From Octopus bimaculoides (lineage: Eukaryota), in the NCBI RefSeq assembly GCF_001194135.2, contig NC_068994.1:29104342-29168341 (forward strand): a stretch of 64,000 nt of DNA, in the 5' to 3' direction. Made by a program: the position numbers and the translations under genes. Within the stretch, counting starts at the first letter, position 1, and each line of letters begins with the position of its first letter. This document shows positions 60,451-64,000 of this stretch, piece by piece. The notes below the pieces were generated by a model that saw only the letters and a list, made by a program, of their open reading frames with translations, was not told the origin of the DNA and made no database searches.

Positions 60451-62513
60451 TTCCTGTTCTCACAGCAATCCATGCACAAGATCAGTAGAACACCACCAGT
60501 TCCAGTGGTGTTACTCTATTGATCTTTGCCAATCACTACCCTTGTCTCTGATTGAATAATGGTAGGATGTTTGTTGAAGAAAATTTAGCTGCGTCATTGA
60601 GTGTGTTGAGTAACTAGAAGCTTCCACCTTCTGACAGCTTGTCACACATTGTGTTACATTCTTGATTAAGAGTTTCAACTCTACCAGTTTTGCAAAATAA
60701 CTTCACATCATTTTTATCTAATTAAGAAATGAGTTGAATGATATTACATATATATACAGCTGCCTGCACACATGAAGATGATGGACAAAGCATATAGATA
60801 GTGGTTATAGTACAAAACCAAACCAAACTAAAACCAATTTTAACCCTTTAATATTTAAATCACCAGATTTGGCCCAAATATTCAGCCTTATTTTATGTTC
60901 AAACTCGTCAGATTCAGTCTCTCATGCATACCCAACAATGTCATTCTGAAAATGAACAATCATATCGAAATCTCAAAGCTACGAAACAATGCATGATTAA
61001 TTCAAAACAATGTGAATAAATAAGCATCAAATAACACAGTAATCTGAATGTGAAACTGTTAAAGAAAATCCATTCTGTGTTAGCTATTGGACAAAACACA
61101 ATATTGTACAAATATTTGCACTTTATTTAATTCAGAAATTTGGTGTAAGTTCCCCCTCCTGGAACTGCTGTTGATTTGATTTGAGCTCATTGAAACAAAT
61201 GGTACTATATCTATGTCAAATTTCTCTGATTTCCACTTCGCATCTTTTAACTGAAACTAAGCACTGACCCATGAAAGGTTCGTTAAGTAGATAAGATCCC
61301 TAAATCTATATTGGCTAAATTTGGTCACTTGTGGAGAGGCATGTTGCTATTGAACACCAGGTCAGTCTTGACTCAGTAACCCTAGGATCAAAGGTCTTGC
61401 AGACTGACCACACTGTAGATTTGTATGTCAGGGACAATATACATTGTCCCTAATATAAAATGTAAACGTATGTTGATTGGGGTTTTTTTTTTGTAGTAAG
61501 AGGAGTGATGCGAAGATTTGGTGGTTATATTTTTTTTAGTAAGTTGGGTGTCCGTAAAAACACACGTCATTGGAAGAATACGTATTTAGGTTTATCTCGG
61601 AAAGTTACATGTATATAAACATTGTTATTTTCTAATTAAAAAGAAAAATAAGTATATGCTATTGTTAAATAATAAATTGTGTGTGTGGTAGAATCATTTG
61701 CGTGATGGAGTACGTCTGTAAACGGGTGTGAGTGTATGATGTGTATTTGATTGTGTGAATGTGGACGAATGACAAAAAATTCATAATTGAAAGTAGATAC
61801 ACAGAGAGAGAGAGAGAGGGAGAAGTGTGGATGTATGAATGTCAATGAGTGTAAAGTGTGTGCGAGCGTGATAGGAGAGGGTTCGTGTGGGAAGCTGTGA
61901 TTTGGAGTTTGCATTGGGAAAAAAAAACTATAAAAGTATAATGAACAAAAATAAAAATACGGTGATCGAACATGGGAAATAACGCCCACCATATGCTGGA
62001 GAAAAATACAGAAGGGGAAAAAAGTGAAAGAGCAAGGAAGAGGAAAGAGAAGAAAAAGAAAAAAAAAACGCAAATGAAAAAGAACGACAAGAGAGAAAAG
62101 GTTAATTAGAAAATGAAAGGATGGATATATTGAAGATAGAAAGAAAGAGGAGAATGAGACAAATATAGAAGAGGAGGTATGTATGAACATAAGGAAAAAG
62201 AGAAAATTGAGGGAAAGGGAGGGGGATATAAGAAAATCGATATTACCGGTCAAATAACAGCGCAATTTATTTAGATTGTTCCCCTCCCCCTTTTCTATTG
62301 GAATATCAGGACCAATAGCTTTCTTTCAGTCGCCAGGCACAAACAAATACTTATAATTTCTTATTGCTACTATTATAGCTATTGTCATCGTTATAATTGT
62401 TATGGTTTGTTATTATTTTGTCTATCCCTGCTATGTTTTGGAAAAGGCAAAATCATAATGTGATGTTTTGATATACGTTTCTTGAAAGGACTGCTAGGGT
62501 GATTTTTCTACTT

Positions 62514-62559
62514 GGCCAGTTATTTGATGTTAGTTTCAACTAACATCAAATAACTGGCC
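62514..62559. repeat. Perfect 22-bp inverted repeat with a 2-nt spacer
   Basis: ggccagttatttgatgttagtt-tc-aactaacatcaaataactggcc. Confidence 0.95.
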
Positions 62560-62661
62560 TGACAAACGATCGGGTGTATAGCAACAGAAGGCATTTATAT
62601 TTGGTTATTCTTTAACGGATAGTTGAATAGCCGTGTTCAAATGGAGTTGGGTCGGTCGGTC

Positions 62662-62701
<40 letters not shown>

Positions 62702-63699
62702 TGTATGTATGTGTATGTGTACATATAAACTTTTTTTATACTGCGTTCTTGTTTGTTTGTTTCTTTCTTTGCTGTTAGTTTGCTTGCATTCAAGATCATT
62801 TGACAAGATTCAAAAAGGCGGGGAGCCCTACTTAAACGAAACTCTGGTTACAGCATTACCACTCCAGAAGTAAATATACANNNNNNNNNNNNNNNNNNNN
62901 NNNNNNNNNNNNNNNNNNNNNNNNNNNNNNNNNNNNNNNNNNNNNNNNNNNNNNNNNNNNNNNNNNNNNNNNNNNNNNNNNNNNNNNNNNNNNNNNNNNN
63001 NNNNNNNNNNNNNNNNNNNNNNNNNNNNNNNNNNNNNNNNNNNNNNNNNNNNNNNNNNNNNNNNNNNNNNNNATCGTTCTTCTGTTTGGTATTTCATACC
63101 TAGAACTACATTAGCCATATGTCCCTCTTTTTCCCCCAGGAGAACAGGGTGTAATTCAAGGGAGGTTTCACTGTTATTCTAGCTAGTCGAGAAACCACAG
63201 AGATTCTCAAACAGTTCATAAAAAACGTGTCGATAGCAAATCTGTTATGAAGCCTTTCCACACACACACACACACACACATATTTTTACAATTTATTTCT
63301 TAACTGACCTTTTTTAAGAATCAGAAAGCACACACGCACGCACACACATACACAAGAAGCGTGTGTGTTTAACTTTTATATGACGTATTTATAGCTTAAG
63401 ACAAAAAGAAAAAGAACGTTGCCTCTTTGACAAAGAAGAAATTTGGTAATGAACCAGAATTGAAATGGTGAGAAATTCTTATTCACCTTCGGAACTAATG
63501 AAGTGGATAATTTTGCAAACGAATACTTTGGATATAATTTAAGCAGACATCTACAGAAAGGTCCAATAGAGTTGTAATCAAAACGGAACGTTTTGGGAAA
63601 AGGTTTCTTTTTTTTCTGCAAAACAATAAGATACGAGGATAAGCTAGAACGGCATCACACAGATACCATGGTGTTACGGAGGGTTTAGATCAGAAAATG

Positions 63700-63918
63700 A
63701 AAACATAATTAGTGATATACATAAAATATATATACATGATATGCATGTGTATAGATGTGTGTAGGTATATATATGTGTAAATAAAAAATAAAAAAAGAGG
63801 AACAAACGACAAAAGTCAACAGACGTACACAGTAAATATATTAGAGTGACGCTTGGTGAAAGAAGTTTTAGATGGAAAAATAGGAGTGGAAATGACGTTT
63901 CGAGCATGGCTCTTCGTA
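63700..63918 (-). mobile_element. PLE terminal-repeat fragment with a truncated HHR
   Basis: Minus ..ACGA-A-GAGC[cat]GCTC-GAAAC-GTC at 63891-63918 lacks the CUG of the core. Downstream sequence resembles 58560-58613. Confidence 0.5.
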
Positions 63919-64000
63919 TACGTACATCCATACATCCATACATACACACACACACACATATATATATGAATATGTGTATGTGTGTGCATCTGTGTGTGTA

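Overview
Eukaryotic, AT-rich, microsatellite-dense scaffold segment with many N gaps. The repeat families and gene type fit a coleoid cephalopod, probably Octopus (inference). There is one clear host gene: a minus-strand C2H2 zinc-finger ORF (38613-40922) with 16 tandem fingers that carry unusually uniform Q(-1)/N(+3) recognition residues, flanked by poly-Asn and poly-Gly tracts. Splice signals suggest upstream 5' exons for this gene and a second minus-strand transcript near 5.6-9.3 kb. The rest is mostly mobile DNA: at least three tRNA-derived SINE families, three decayed mariners and a mariner MITE, a Tigger/pogo derivative, a hAT-like MITE, RTE and HERO-like LINE remnants, and two head-to-tail Helitrons. 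There are also Penelope-like elements (PLEs), including a Naiad-type copy. The most striking unexplained structure is a set of PLE-derived long palindromes and about eight hammerhead-ribozyme (HHR) motifs. One palindrome carries two back-to-back tRNA-like Pol III heads, each pointing at its own HHR. Most short ORFs in the supplied track are microsatellite, gap or antisense artefacts. All structures were read by eye, and repeat boundaries are approximate unless TSD/TIR sequences are quoted.
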